From: Zancudomyces culisetae HAW-14-8
Lineage: Eukaryota; Fungi; Kickxellomycota
Length of the DNA: 64,000 nt
Direction of reading: 5' to 3'
Assembly: GCA_052426225.1 (NCBI GenBank)
Contig: JBNJNM010000011.1
Span: 2,418,001-2,482,000 of the forward strand
Shown here: positions 28,719-40,530 of the stretch, piece after piece
How the letters are laid out: each line of letters starts with the position of its first letter
Numbering within the stretch: position 1 is the stretch's first letter
Notes under the pieces: model-generated
Databases searched by the model: none
What the model was told of the DNA's origin: nothing
What the model saw: only the letters and a program-made list of their open reading frames with translations
Program-made: the position numbers and the translations under genes

Positions 28719-30019
28719 TCTGTGTTGAGATTTCGGGGCTTTCTTAATTGAATGAATCTTGTGTAGCTAAAAGGCGAATCGCCAGAATTATGCAGCTATG
28801 CCAAATATGAAATTTAACATAAAACAAAATTTTTTTGATTAGATTTACCAGCAGGAGTGATTATTTCATAGAATTGATTGGGTGCTTTTTTTTCAGTTTG
28901 CTGAAGATATATGCACTCAAATGGAGGAGCATTTGGCGGAGTTTGGGCAGTTAGGTAGACAAAGGTGCGCGAAGCAACTTACGCTCAGCACGGATTATCA
29001 CGCATTTAAATTCTAGTTTGCGCCAACTGTAACTGTAACTGTAACTGGAGTGGTGGAGGAGGGGGGGGAGGAGGATGGGGGTAAAAACGAGAGTGCCAAT
29101 ATGGGTAGCATTAGATGGCTTGAAAAGGACATCAAGTTTCACAGCCTAAGACGGGGTTATTTAAAAAACGCTAGTATTATACCAGATTGGAAATATTTAG
29201 TTTATTGTTTTAACGGTGATGTCGTTTATTCGTAAGAAATGGGGTGAATCTTCTTGGATTTCTCTGTATTGTTTCTACAAAGCTGTGTATTGAAGTGGTA
29301 AAAAAAAAGGATATCATTTTTAAAGTGGAGGTATGGTGCATATTCGTTAATTTTCTAGAGAATGGGAACAAGTCTAGATCCGACATGCTTTAATCCGTTG
29401 GGAAAATAACAAATAATTGTTGATTTGCTAGTGCAACTTCATTCTATGTGAATAGGCTGATTAGCAAAAAACGGATTTTATTTGCAGCTTCAACGGCCAA
29501 TGAGGGATGTAAAATGTTGGGCTAGTCCAGCTGAAAAAAAAACAGAGTGAATGGAGGGGCTGATGTGAATGTTGGTTGATTTTTGGTAATCTCACATTTT
29601 CCTGGTGGCACTGAATAAAATGCCTGGAAAAACACTGGCATGGCAAATGGAGAATCAGCTAACATAGTAAGCCCATTATTAATGGGAGTTTTGAGCAAAT
29701 TCAATGTTCATGTAAAGAAACAAAATAAATGGTTGGATTTGGAAATTCCAAACAAATGAGTGTGTCTCCTGGTTGCGTGCACACCAAATTCAAGGCTAAA
29801 GTGTTGCAAATGAGGTTTGTTTATTTTCAGGATAGCTGTTATATATTTTATTTTATTTTATTTTACATTTTTTTTGTTTGAAAAGCAATAAATTTGGATT
29901 GGAAATATTTTTGCGTTAGTAAGACTTTACCACCATTTTTTCTTCTGATAAGGCAACTATTGAAGATTACTTACCGATTAGAAGTAAAACAGACTAAATA
30001 AATACCCAAATTCATCGAA

Positions 30020-30640
30020 ATGTCGTGGCAAGCTTATGTAGACAATAATTTAACCGGAACAGGATATATTAGCCAAGCAGCTATTTATGGAAAAGATGGA
30101 GCGTTATGGGCTTCCTCAAAAGATTTCAAGGTAATCCAAGATTTCCGCAACTCATTTTGAGTGTCACTTACCCCCACGTGCATTTATTCGCTGTGGCGTA
30201 TAGATATTTTTACAGAGCGCCATAAGTTTCATTAAACTTATAACATACACGAAATTTAATAGATGAGCAAGGAGGAATTTGATACAGTCAGCAAGGCTTT
30301 TGATGATCCATCAAAAATCCGTGGTAGTGGTCTCTTCGCAAACGACGTTAAATACTTCGCATTGAAATGTGATGATCGCAGCGTGTACGGGAAGAAGGAA
30401 AGCACGGGAATAATATGTGTCAGAACTAAAGCTAGTATACTAATAGGTTTGTACGACGAAAACACTGCACCTGGTCAAGCCACAAAAGTTGTAGAGGGTC
30501 TTGCCGATTATTTAATAAGTGTTGGATATGTAAGTCGTTGTTTTTTTCTTTATTTTCCTTGCCTCCATTGTTTTGTTGAGTTCTGGAACCAAAAGAATTT
30601 AATGAATAACAATTTTTCTTGTATTTCACAATTTTAGTGA
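30020..30640 (+). CDS. PFY1: Profilin
   Basis: MSWQAYVDNNL...QAAIYG...WA, then KYFALKCDDRSVYGKK and VEGLADYLISVGY. Exons 30020-30130 and 30263-30529; the stop TGA follows a final intron (30638-30640). Confidence 0.97.
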
Positions 30641-30983
30641 GGGGTAGAACAAAGCAGCTTAACGAAGCCAAACCAAGAGCCGGGGGACATGACCTCTCAA
30701 ACTATACTAATCCCTTGATATGAGTTTTCATTATTATCATGTTTGACTTTTACTATCGTTGTTTTTTATTTTTTTTGGGGGCAAAAGTTTACAATATATT
30801 AAATTCTTTCTTTAAAATATAAACGATTTAAAGTCAGTACTGTCCAAATGAACAGTTCAGAATGTAAAAAAAATCATGTGAAAAGTTGTTGTAATGATTT
30901 TACTAACGAAAAAAATTGGGTATAGTAAATATTTGAGACTTAAATGTGTACTCAATTTTGGAGCTAGAGTTGATACCTTTGTG

Positions 30984-32874
30984 TTATTCAAGAGCATCCA
31001 GGGCTTCAAGCTGTGATAATATAGCAACATTATCTAGAAATATATCATTAAATATATAATCAGTTCCTCATCAATTACTCTGAAAAAACAAAAAAAAAAG
31101 CACTCTAAAAAAAAAGGGTAGAAAAACTTTACCTGGTGCAAGCAGCAACGCCTCCTTCAAGTAAGATATGGCTGATTCTATCGCGTCAATCACATGGTCT
31201 TCATCATCAATAGAGACAACGTTTCCTTCTAGCAGCTTGGCCTCTGCAAGTAAAGTAAGCGCTTCCACGGAAGCAGATTTTACCCATTCGCAATCATTCG
31301 CCTGCTCCCTGCACTCATTAAGAGTCGAGTACAAATAATACATTGACGGTTTATAATACTCAACATTAAAGTTATCCATAAGGTTGTTATTTAGAGCTAG
31401 TTGGAATGCACTGATAACGAGACTAGAAAACTGGAGTTTCAGGTCGCGAATATTTTGATAGATAGCATGTGTGCCAGCACTAGTGTTATTATTCTCTAAC
31501 TTTCCTCCAGCTGTCTGCTCATCATGTTGTAGCTTCTTTGCACTTGAGGATGTGGATATGGGTGTATCTATTACAGCAATCCACGAGTGAAGTAGCGATG
31601 CAAGCAGTTGGTGTATAAATACTTTAACGTCTATAGTTAGGACAACCACACGTTAGCATATACTTTAACGTTTTTAGATAATCAGACTAATCGCTAGGTT
31701 CGCAACTTACAATAATCCAATGTTAATAAAATATAACGTGGTGATCTTACCCTTTTTTATGTTATTAAAATTTGCTAGACAAATTTGCATAGAACGACAA
31801 AAGCTCAACAAAGATTTCCCAAACCGTTCGTCATGTGCTTCAACCTAATCACAATCACAAAAGTTAATATAGGCACTTGTTTATTTATACATATGGCTAG
31901 ACTACAAGTACTCGCTAAGCTACACTGAACCAAATATCAGCAGAGTTATTGATGCATAGAGACACTGATATGGCCTTAATCCACCAGGAAAAATACAGCG
32001 TTATACACATGATTTAAAATTAATATAAAATTTTCCATATTACATCTTCTGGCAGCATTGCTGACATCGTCCCAACCAGGTTATCAATAATAGCACTACT
32101 CATGCATGACGAATTTTGTTGACTAAAATCCTTAATGGATGGGATTTTAAAATCTTGAGTATTCACAGCTTTATCATTGTTAAACACCAACTGTGATGCG
32201 TTCTCAATCATATTCTCGGGTTGCTCTTCTGAATCTGCTTCATCGTCGCTTTCATCAATTAACTTCCATTTTTCATTTTCAACAAGCTCAATCAAGACTT
32301 CAGTCTTGAATTTTTGACCATAAAACTTCAGTTTACCTAAAGAAATTCGTTCGAGTATCTCTTTTTCAGGTTTGTTCTGTGAAACTGATGAAAACTCATT
32401 GAGCGAATTCTGAATAAAATCAATAACCTCAATCAGCTGGGATTTATCTACTACGGTCCGCAGAAACTCGAAAAATGCGTTTTTACACTCAAGGTATTCT
32501 ATGCCCAACTCAACAGTCTTTATCTTTTCGCAATCTACATTCTTAGGGTCATTTAATTTGATTTTTTCGCTTTCCCATGCATTTTCGTACTTTTCAAGAG
32601 CAGTTTCAAAGAGTTTTACCAAAACTGGGAACTCCGCTTTTTCTAAATGTTTACTTTCAAAAATGGCGGCCTCAAAGAGCTCCCTTGCAGTCATATCCTT
32701 TATTGCTTCTTCATCAAGCTCAACCTCGCCTAACCCACAACACTCACACTCTTCTTGATCGCATGTATGTTCTACAGCAAGATTTGCCTTCTTTTTATCG
32801 GATGCTTGTGAATTTTCGGGAATTCCCTCTTCGAATTTCTCGAAGGTTCGTTTGTTTGAGTTTTGGGAATCCAT
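30984..32874 (-). CDS. Acidic TPR-like helical protein, possibly Ett1/Nro1-related (4 exons)
   Basis: In-phase exons end ...LLAEAKLLEGNVVSIDDEDHVIDAIESAISYLKEALLLAPDNVAILSQLEALDALE*. The N-terminus has a basic patch and a HTCDQEECECC cluster. The family call is weak. Confidence 0.6.
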
Positions 32875-33256
32875 TTCAAGATTTATTTTTTTCGATTTAG
32901 GTGTAAAGATTGAGGATGAATGATTTATTATTAAATTATAACAAACACGATCAAATCCTTATTCTTCTATTTTCCCTCTAAAGCTCCAATGAAATCGATA
33001 TTTAGCTTTTTTTTTATTGGGAAAATCAACTCTGAAATTTTTGGGGGGCACAAAAAAAAGCCAACGTGAGAGGTTTTACAAAAAAAAAAATTTTACACAC
33101 ATACAAGAAACGGAATTGTGAACAGAATGTGAACATCTATAAAGGGTCCCTTAAAGCCATGTCAGGTGGAAAAAAAGAATAGGAAAAGTAGAACCAACAA
33201 GGTACAAATAAGGTGTCAGAGTATCGGATGCGTCCAAGTAAACACAAAGGGCAACA

Positions 33257-34150
33257 TTACACAGGATACTGGGTTGATCTATCAGCAACTCTTTCTACAA
33301 ACTAGATACATTTATCAAGAAAAGTAGGTGTTATGTTTATGTTAATGATATGTCTGGTAGTAGAAGCGCAAGTAAGATGGTAATACCAATAGCACATATT
33401 CATGATTATATTACCTGTTTAATACCCGGTAATCTTAGCATATCGCCAATAACTGGGATTTTCAGCATAAAGCTCAGAGCAAGTGGGAAGAAGTTGCTAA
33501 ATCCATTTCAGTATTGATTGTTAGAGTTTTTAAACGCCGCCATAACTTTATATTCGACGTAACTAAGCGGAAATTATAATGTAAAAGAAAGACTTACCCA
33601 AACAAGTTGACAAATCCAAAACCTTCAATTACCATTCCGAGAATGGTATACTTTGCAAATATCAAGAAAAATCCGATAAAAAAGCAAATGCTTCCACGAA
33701 GTTTGTTTTTTCATTCCAATAATTAAAGGAACCCCAACTATAAATAGTACCTATTTCGTAAAAATAAGTACGTATTGGTGAGTACTGCCTGAACAACGAC
33801 AACATAAATCTGTCATCAGGTATAGATAGAAACAGGTGAGTAGTTTAACTAGATATACAAAAGTTGAGAAAATTACATTTCCAATCGCGATTAAACCGGC
33901 ATCGAACATTAAAAGTACCCCCAGCACTATCAATGCAAAGCCAAATACTGACAAGGCGACGCCCAATTCTATGTTTAGAACAAAGCATGTATAAATATTT
34001 GAAATAAATGCATTTGATGTTCTGCAACTATCAGTAGTTGCCAACGAATTAGTTTTTTCTGAGAATACATCGCATAAAAATTTATGAAATTTATCGATAG
34101 ACTTATTTTTGGCTAAATTTGAGCTTACTTTGTGAATCGGTTAAAAACAT
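33257..34150 (-). CDS. GOT1: Golgi transport protein Got1 (5 exons); apparent frameshift/deletion in exon 3
   Basis: MFLTDSQK/LGVALSVFG...LMFDAGLIAIGN/VLFIVGVPLIIGMKK, then out of frame NKLRGSICFFIG...EGFGFVNLFG/NFFP...IPVIG.../FVERVADRSTQYPV*. Confidence 0.88.
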
Positions 34151-35434
34151 TGTTCGTGTTATGCACTTAGATGTTCAAGAATTTGAAATTTGTCGTTCTC
34201 GTTATTGTTGTAAATAGTAGTGAATTATTCCACCAGAGATCGAAAAGTAGACTTGGATACTGTGTTTAAGCCGGATGATTTGAATAAGTAACTCAGCCAA
34301 ACTAGTGTCTTGTAATTCCAAGCTTGAAAATTGGCAACTCTTTGTTGTGTGTTGTTTTTGGTGCAAACAAAGCTATATTTAACATAAATAAATGATAATT
34401 ATTTTAAATGGGCTTATTTCAATTCGATTCAGTAGAAAAAGAGCTTTCAAATTTGCAAATGACCAACATTTTCATTGTTGTGGTGTTTATTTTTTGTCAT
34501 TTCTCTTTACTGACGCCAAATTTTTGTATTCCAAAATAAACAATTAGCCAATAATAATTGACATCGTCGCCTTGTAATGGAATAGCCAATGTGCCCAAAT
34601 GATGGAAAATTCTAAATTGGGCATATAGAGGCAGAGGTATGTAATATACCCCAAACTTATCAGCTAGGCAGTAATAGCAACTCAGTCCAAATAATCAACA
34701 ACTCAATCTCTATTTAAAACCGATCGTCCGTATATCAGGAAAATATCACGCTTCTATCATTATATGGCTAAAACCAAGGTATATTCACTCAACATGTGCG
34801 AAAACGGCAACCAGAAATCTGGCTTTGCAGTAAAAAGAAAAGGAAAGAACGGAAAAAAACGGAAGAGTGAGGTAAAGCAGGAAAGGTGTGGCTGACCAGC
34901 CTGCATGCTTGCTTGATCGTACCAAGAACCAACTCTGCGGTCTCACGCCATTCTTTTCCTTCTAAACATAGCAACTTCTTCCCAATTTCCTAACTGTTTT
35001 CAGTCTAGTGTGACATCTATCCAGTTTGTAATTAATGAATTACACAAATTTCAGCCAATAGCAGAGATATTCATTTGATTCTAGCGAATGTAAATCTATT
35101 TTTACCCACATGAAAAGCCAATGTTTCAACTTCATTTTCATCATTTTCATTATTTTCAATTTCAATACATTCTCATTCCCAATTCCATTTTTCAGTTCTT
35201 CCACCAGATGTGAGAAGATGGAGGTTTAGAATTGGCGAACCTATAAATAGGCTGCTGAAAAATACTTGGAACGTATATTTGACAGTTATCAGTATAAATT
35301 CACTTTACTTTGTATTTTTCAACACTAGTTGTTTTATAAACGCACATATTCAATTCAATATCAAAAAGCAGTTTTGCTTTGATACCAAAAAACAAACAAC
35401 TGCACAAACGAAGAAACATCGAACGTCTTAAGCA

Positions 35435-36897
35435 ATGAAGGAGGTTTTCCGAATTACCTGTGGACTTCAGCATTACCATTGGGGAAAGTTGGGAGAAGAC
35501 AGTAAGGTGTATCAACTCATAAAAGACGAGCTTGCAGAAAATGAAAAAGACCTTGAAAAGAAGCATTTTGCAGAGGTAAGCTTTCAGTACATTTTGGTTT
35601 ATTTACTCAGTGTATTGGATCTAACGGTTCAATATTCGCGAGCATAAGGGAGAATTATGAAACCATGTACCATTTACTTACTCTATCCGCCCACTCTTTC
35701 TTCTTTTTTTTTTGTTGATTTAACATCTCTAGCTGTTCAGTACAAAAAGACAGTTGTTCAACAAATAATGATGTATGAAAATAGCTGTGGATGGGAACCC
35801 ATCAAAGTGGAAGCTCGTATCTTTATAACGACAAAAAGGTTTCACTTAAAGAATACATTTTGGCTAACCCAAAAGAAGCGCTTGGAGAAGGCGTTTTAAA
35901 CAAATTTGGTCAAGACTTGCCATTTTTGTATAAAATATTATCGGTAAACGCGGCACTCTCGATTCAGGCCCATCCAGGAAAAAAACTTGCAGAAAAACTC
36001 CATAAAAGTAGACCAGAGGTGTACAAGGATGATAACCACAAACCCGAAATGTCGATTGCATTAACAGATTTTGAGGCCATGTCTGGATTTAGATCTCTAG
36101 AAGAAATAGTAGAATTTCTCCGTAAACATCCATCGTTTTATGAGCTAGTTGGCAAGGAAAAAGCAGAGCGATTCATTCAAATATCTAGTGAAAAGGAAGC
36201 CTCCGAAAGCGAAAAGAGACAGGTTCTGAGAGATATATTTACTAAAGCCATGAAGACGGAGAAAACACAAGTGGAACAGCGGGTACATGAACTATTGGAA
36301 GAGACCCGAGGTGGAAGTAATGTAAAGGGATCCATGGATGAGCTTGTGCACAGACTTTTCTCTCAATACGGAAACGATATAGGGCTATTCTGTCCGTTTT
36401 TCTTAAACGTACTTCAATTGAAACCCGGAGAAGCCTTTTTCATGGGTGCAGATGAACCACATGCCTATATTTCAGGAGATTGTGTAGAATGTATGGCCAC
36501 CAGTGATAATGTTGTTAGAGCCGGACTAACACCAAAATTCAGAGACGTTGATGTTCTAGTAGATATGCTAACCTATGAATATGGCCCTGGTGAGGACAAA
36601 TTGACAAAAGGCGCAAAGTGGGCAAACCACTCGCTGCTGTACAATCCACCCATTGATGAGTTTGCCGTTGTTCAAACTAAACTTAGGAAAAACGAGTGTG
36701 AAAAGCTGACTTTTGATGGGCCTGCTGTGATTATCGTCACTACAGGAAGCGGAACGATTGGCTTGGCCAACGAGAACTCGGCATCTCAACAGACTGCACG
36801 TACAGGGTCTGCATTTTTCGCTTCTGCAAACACCGAGTTCTGTTTGAATGCTGAATCGGATGACTTTTTAGCTTACACAGCTTTTACCTCAGTTTAA
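35435..36897 (+). CDS. PMI40: Mannose-6-phosphate isomerase (type I)
   Basis: Exons 35435-35575 and 35785-36897. Motifs QHYHWGK, AELWMGTH, LPFLYKILSV, LSIQAHP, YKDDNHKPEM, EPHAY and ECMATSDNVVRAGLTPK. Confidence 0.97.
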
Positions 36898-36940
36898 ATG
36901 TCTTTTTTTAGAAAAAAACTAAAAAAACTAAAAAATAAAA

Positions 36941-38389
36941 CTACAATACTAAAACGGTAATTGGGTCTTTAAATGTTGAAACAGCACCGTTGGTGGAACT
37001 CTTGAATATCAGGTCACCAATGCTATGCACACCAACTGCCAGTGGTAGATAGTAAAGAGACATGTTTGCAGTTTCAAATGGTTGGAGGCGATCTACTTTA
37101 TGCTGGCTGAATCCACAGATGGCTATTGCCTGCGACTCTGCTGAGCTTAGAGCCTCGACCTCAATGTTCATTTCCGTCTCTGTGGTGTTTCGAATGGTGA
37201 GGCAAACCATAAACGGCTCTTCTAAAACCACTGTGTTTTCCCCATGAGTCTGTTTTGTTGTAACGTCAGTAGCTCCAGTGCCGGGTTTTTTTACAAGGTG
37301 GGCAATTGATATCCTGTCGAGTTCAATTGAATGTATTCCTGGGGAGTTTCTAACAAGCTGTGAGGTCTGCAGCCTCCCCGTAGTCCCAAATGACCAACGC
37401 CAAATAATGTCTAGCTTCCCCAAAAGGGAAAGATAGCGCGCCTTTCGATAACTCTCGCTGTCTATATTAGCATTATTAAGTATGCTGTTTTTAGGTGTTA
37501 GCATGTACAAGTACTGTCTCGCACAATTTGGGTCAAGAAAAGGCGTGCTCCAAATCTCGTTGTCCTCAGAAACATTCAAGTTTGTCGCTTCGAATTCTGA
37601 ATGTGGCTCCAATTCCATCTTTTCTAACCACATTACGTCCTTTGTAACATTTTGTATTTGAACCTCCAAATATACCTGATCTGCTTTCAAATGATTGACC
37701 TTGGTTTTAACCATCAACGGGTTATCCACCTGGAATTTAAATATTTTTTTAATTGTTTGCCTGGCTTTAACTGCGTTAATGAATTCGATTGTGCAGACAA
37801 TCACATGCACCCCCAATTCTTTTGTTTCGTGCTTGGCTTGGAAGTTGAATATCTGCTGGCTACCCAATACCACCCCCTCCTGTGCTGCTCCACCGCCACC
37901 GCCTTGTGCCTCAAAGCCGCTAGAAAAACTATCAAATATTGCTTGCTTTTGTGTATTAGACTGTACTTCTATTTTACATTTTACCGCGTGTAGTGTTTGC
38001 GGACTTTCGTTGATTATTAAGAATTGCAATACTACCTGCTCTCCCAAGTACAGCGAGCCAAATGCCTTTGGAATCAGCAATTTCTCAGAAATGGGATAAT
38101 TGAGCCTTTCTGTATCACCCATGAATCCAGTGTTGGTCTCCTCCTCAATCGCGTCCCTTTCTTCGCCCTTGTCCTGATTTTTGGTCTTTGTTTTGTAATG
38201 ATTCGAAAGCTTTCCAAATTTTGCCCCCTCGCTCTTGTATAGATTATTTAGCCCCTGGAGTATAACGCTTCGAGTACCCTTCTTCTCGTTCAAACTATGA
38301 TCAAGAAAAAGAGGTTGAGAGTTGGATAGATTTGGCCGCGACAGCCTCATCACCTTTATGGAAATAGGAGCCTGATTCCTGTCTGCCAT
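36941..38389 (-). CDS. TRAPPC13: Trafficking protein particle complex subunit 13
   Basis: IKVMRLSRP, IPKAFGSLYLGE, KELGVHVIVC, FKFQVDNPLMVKTK, YLEVQIQN, RQYLY and LGKLDIIWR...GRLQTSQL. Confidence 0.93.
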   Translation of the reverse strand: MADRNQAPISIKVMRLSRPNLSNSQPLFLDHSLNEKKGTRSVILQGLNNLYKSEGAKFGKLSNHYKTKTKNQDKGEERDAIEEETNTGFMGDTERLNYPISEKLLIPKAFGSLYLGEQVVLQFLIINESPQTLHAVKCKIEVQSNTQKQAIFDSFSSGFEAQGGGGGAAQEGVVLGSQQIFNFQAKHETKELGVHVIVCTIEFINAVKARQTIKKIFKFQVDNPLMVKTKVNHLKADQVYLEVQIQNVTKDVMWLEKMELEPHSEFEATNLNVSEDNEIWSTPFLDPNCARQYLYMLTPKNSILNNANIDSESYRKARYLSLLGKLDIIWRWSFGTTGRLQTSQLVRNSPGIHSIELDRISIAHLVKKPGTGATDVTTKQTHGENTVVLEEPFMVCLTIRNTTETEMNIEVEALSSAESQAIAICGFSQHKVDRLQPFETANMSLYYLPLAVGVHSIGDLIFKSSTNGAVSTFKDPITVLVL

Positions 38390-38699
38390 CTATTGCGTTT
38401 TGTCTAGCTTTTTTTATATTTTTGTTCATAAGCTGAAAACAATTATAATTTTTGGAAATAGAAGTGAGTTTGTTAATTATTGCGCTACTTTTCATTACAC
38501 CTATTTTTTTCGCATTCTCAACAAATCATGTTATTATAAATGTTGGGATTGATAATAATCTTGTGTGAAAAAAAAACTAGTCAGAGTTGATTTCCCATTT
38601 ATTCAAGATTTATGCCTTTAAACTGGGATTACTAGAATCAAGAGAAACGGACGCAGAAAATCGCATTCCTCCCATCATTAACCCACGATAGAGTACAGA

Positions 38700-39698
38700 A
38701 TGGACGTAGCGAAGCGAATAAAACCGATTTATCGAAGCTTGGCAAAGTTGATCCACCCCGATTTTTTCAACAACAATCCGACACAGAAGCTAAAGAACCA
38801 GGAAACCCTGCAGCTAGTCCAGAACTGGCTCAATCCTGCATTCAGCAAATCCCCATCTACAAGCACAATTAAAGTGTATATTCCACGCACTGCCATAACC
38901 ATGTATATTAACGACAGGAATGAAAAAAGACACCCAGCCACTGCTGTTCGCAAGGTAGAAATACAATCATTACAAGAGTTTCATGAATTATGCTCAAAGG
39001 TTGGCGTTTTAAACACTGGTGATAAAAATACAACTACAGAAACTAGCAGCTCATATGTAGCAAAATCCTCGTATCTGGGGGTGTTGCTATTCATAAAGTT
39101 TATACGACACATCAAAACTCAGATTGATTTTGATCTACATAACATTGAAGAACTCGAAAAAGAATTGGAAAAAAATGTAAATTTCAACGATCAAGCAGGG
39201 CTTTTTGACCCAAACATAAGAAACAAGTTAAACTCACTTCTGAGAGCCGCCAGACAAAAAGAAGCATACGATAATATAGGCAAAAAGAAAGCAAGAGGTG
39301 AGGAGCTTTACTCGCTGCTACGAAAATCAAATTTAAGTGCATATAGGGTAAACCCGAATGATCAGCCATCGGGTCCAGAATTTGTTTACAAGAAAAACGC
39401 CCGGTTAACACTTGATAAATCAAATATCTTTTTTAGCAAAGATGTTTCACCGAACAAGTGGTCAGACATTATAAATGATTTGGAGGTTTCTTTAAAAGAG
39501 CTGAGGTATGATCTATGGAAAGATATTCCTGTGATGATTATGAATAAGGGTAATGGTAACATCGGATCTCCCATACATTCCAAGTTTCCAGGGTTTATTG
39601 TTTTGCAGGCAGGTTTTGATATCCAGGAGGTCAATAGATACATTGATGCAAACCTATCTAGGATAAGGCTTCAAAGGATGAGTGTTAATAGCAAGTAA
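38700..39698 (+). CDS. DUF4460/TCAIM-like protein (degenerate J-like HPD domain)
   Basis: N-terminal YRSLAKLIHPDFFNNNPTQKLKNQETLQLVQNWL. 332-aa intronless ORF. Confidence 0.65.
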   Translation: MDVAKRIKPIYRSLAKLIHPDFFNNNPTQKLKNQETLQLVQNWLNPAFSKSPSTSTIKVYIPRTAITMYINDRNEKRHPATAVRKVEIQSLQEFHELCSKVGVLNTGDKNTTTETSSSYVAKSSYLGVLLFIKFIRHIKTQIDFDLHNIEELEKELEKNVNFNDQAGLFDPNIRNKLNSLLRAARQKEAYDNIGKKKARGEELYSLLRKSNLSAYRVNPNDQPSGPEFVYKKNARLTLDKSNIFFSKDVSPNKWSDIINDLEVSLKELRYDLWKDIPVMIMNKGNGNIGSPIHSKFPGFIVLQAGFDIQEVNRYIDANLSRIRLQRMSVNSK

Positions 39699-40530
39699 TG
39701 CTCAAGATTCCTACTGCTTTGAACTAACATTTCTCTGATCTTCTTGTTTTTAGAGAGTGAGCTCTAAAGAACTGTGTATAAACTAGCAATACGGATTTGA
39801 ATATGGCTGAAACATATACATTTGCTAGTAATAAGGCAAGCCGTATTATGTTTACAGTGGGATTGTAGTTGTAGCAAATTTGTTAATAAATGGACATTTT
39901 ACATTTAGTAAGAACATGTATGCCAGGGATAGTAAAAAAAATGTATCTAACTTATCGGACTTGCCGCAGTGTATGCGAGTAATGATCAATTTAGATCGTT
40001 TAATATAGTTAGCTGAAAGTTACAAGGGATGATGGGTATGAATGTACTCGCATCAGTTCACAATGACAATGCTATCTTGATACCCGTCTCATTTCTGCCT
40101 ACTTTGTTTTGTTGCTTGCCTGAACTTGGCCCTATTAAACAGTTTTAATCGCTTTTACTAATATTTCCACCACTAAATTATTGCAATTGTGCTTACTCAT
40201 TCATTTAGCGGTGGATACTAACCAAAATGTGAAAATAAATAAATCAAAAGTAAACATTTTTCTGCAAATCTGGCCAACAGATTTTGGCGTTTCTTATTCT
40301 GATGCTTATGTTTGATTTTTGCTTCTCACGGTGAGGGAAAAAATCGACAAAATAAAATATGGTGTAGAGTTTAATTCGGAGCGCTCCGTCTTAGAAAATT
40401 AGCAAAGAGTGGTCAGTGTTTTAAACACAATATTCAAAGTGGCGCACAATAAATCGAATTTGTTATAGGCTTTGAGCTGGATCTAGACTGTAATAAGTGG
40501 GTGGGATCTCAGACGCAGAAATCAAATAAC

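Noticed and set aside
30638-30730. TGA after profilin exon 2 as selenocysteine or readthrough, with a downstream ATGA..AA..GA as a SECIS
   Set aside because: Profilins end at GY, the spacing and pairing do not fit a SECIS, and the context is not TGA-CTA.
40280-40450. E2F-like TTTTGGCG and GTGGCGC words upstream of the SLF2-like gene
   Set aside because: Short, imperfect matches that cannot be told from chance without genome-wide enrichment.
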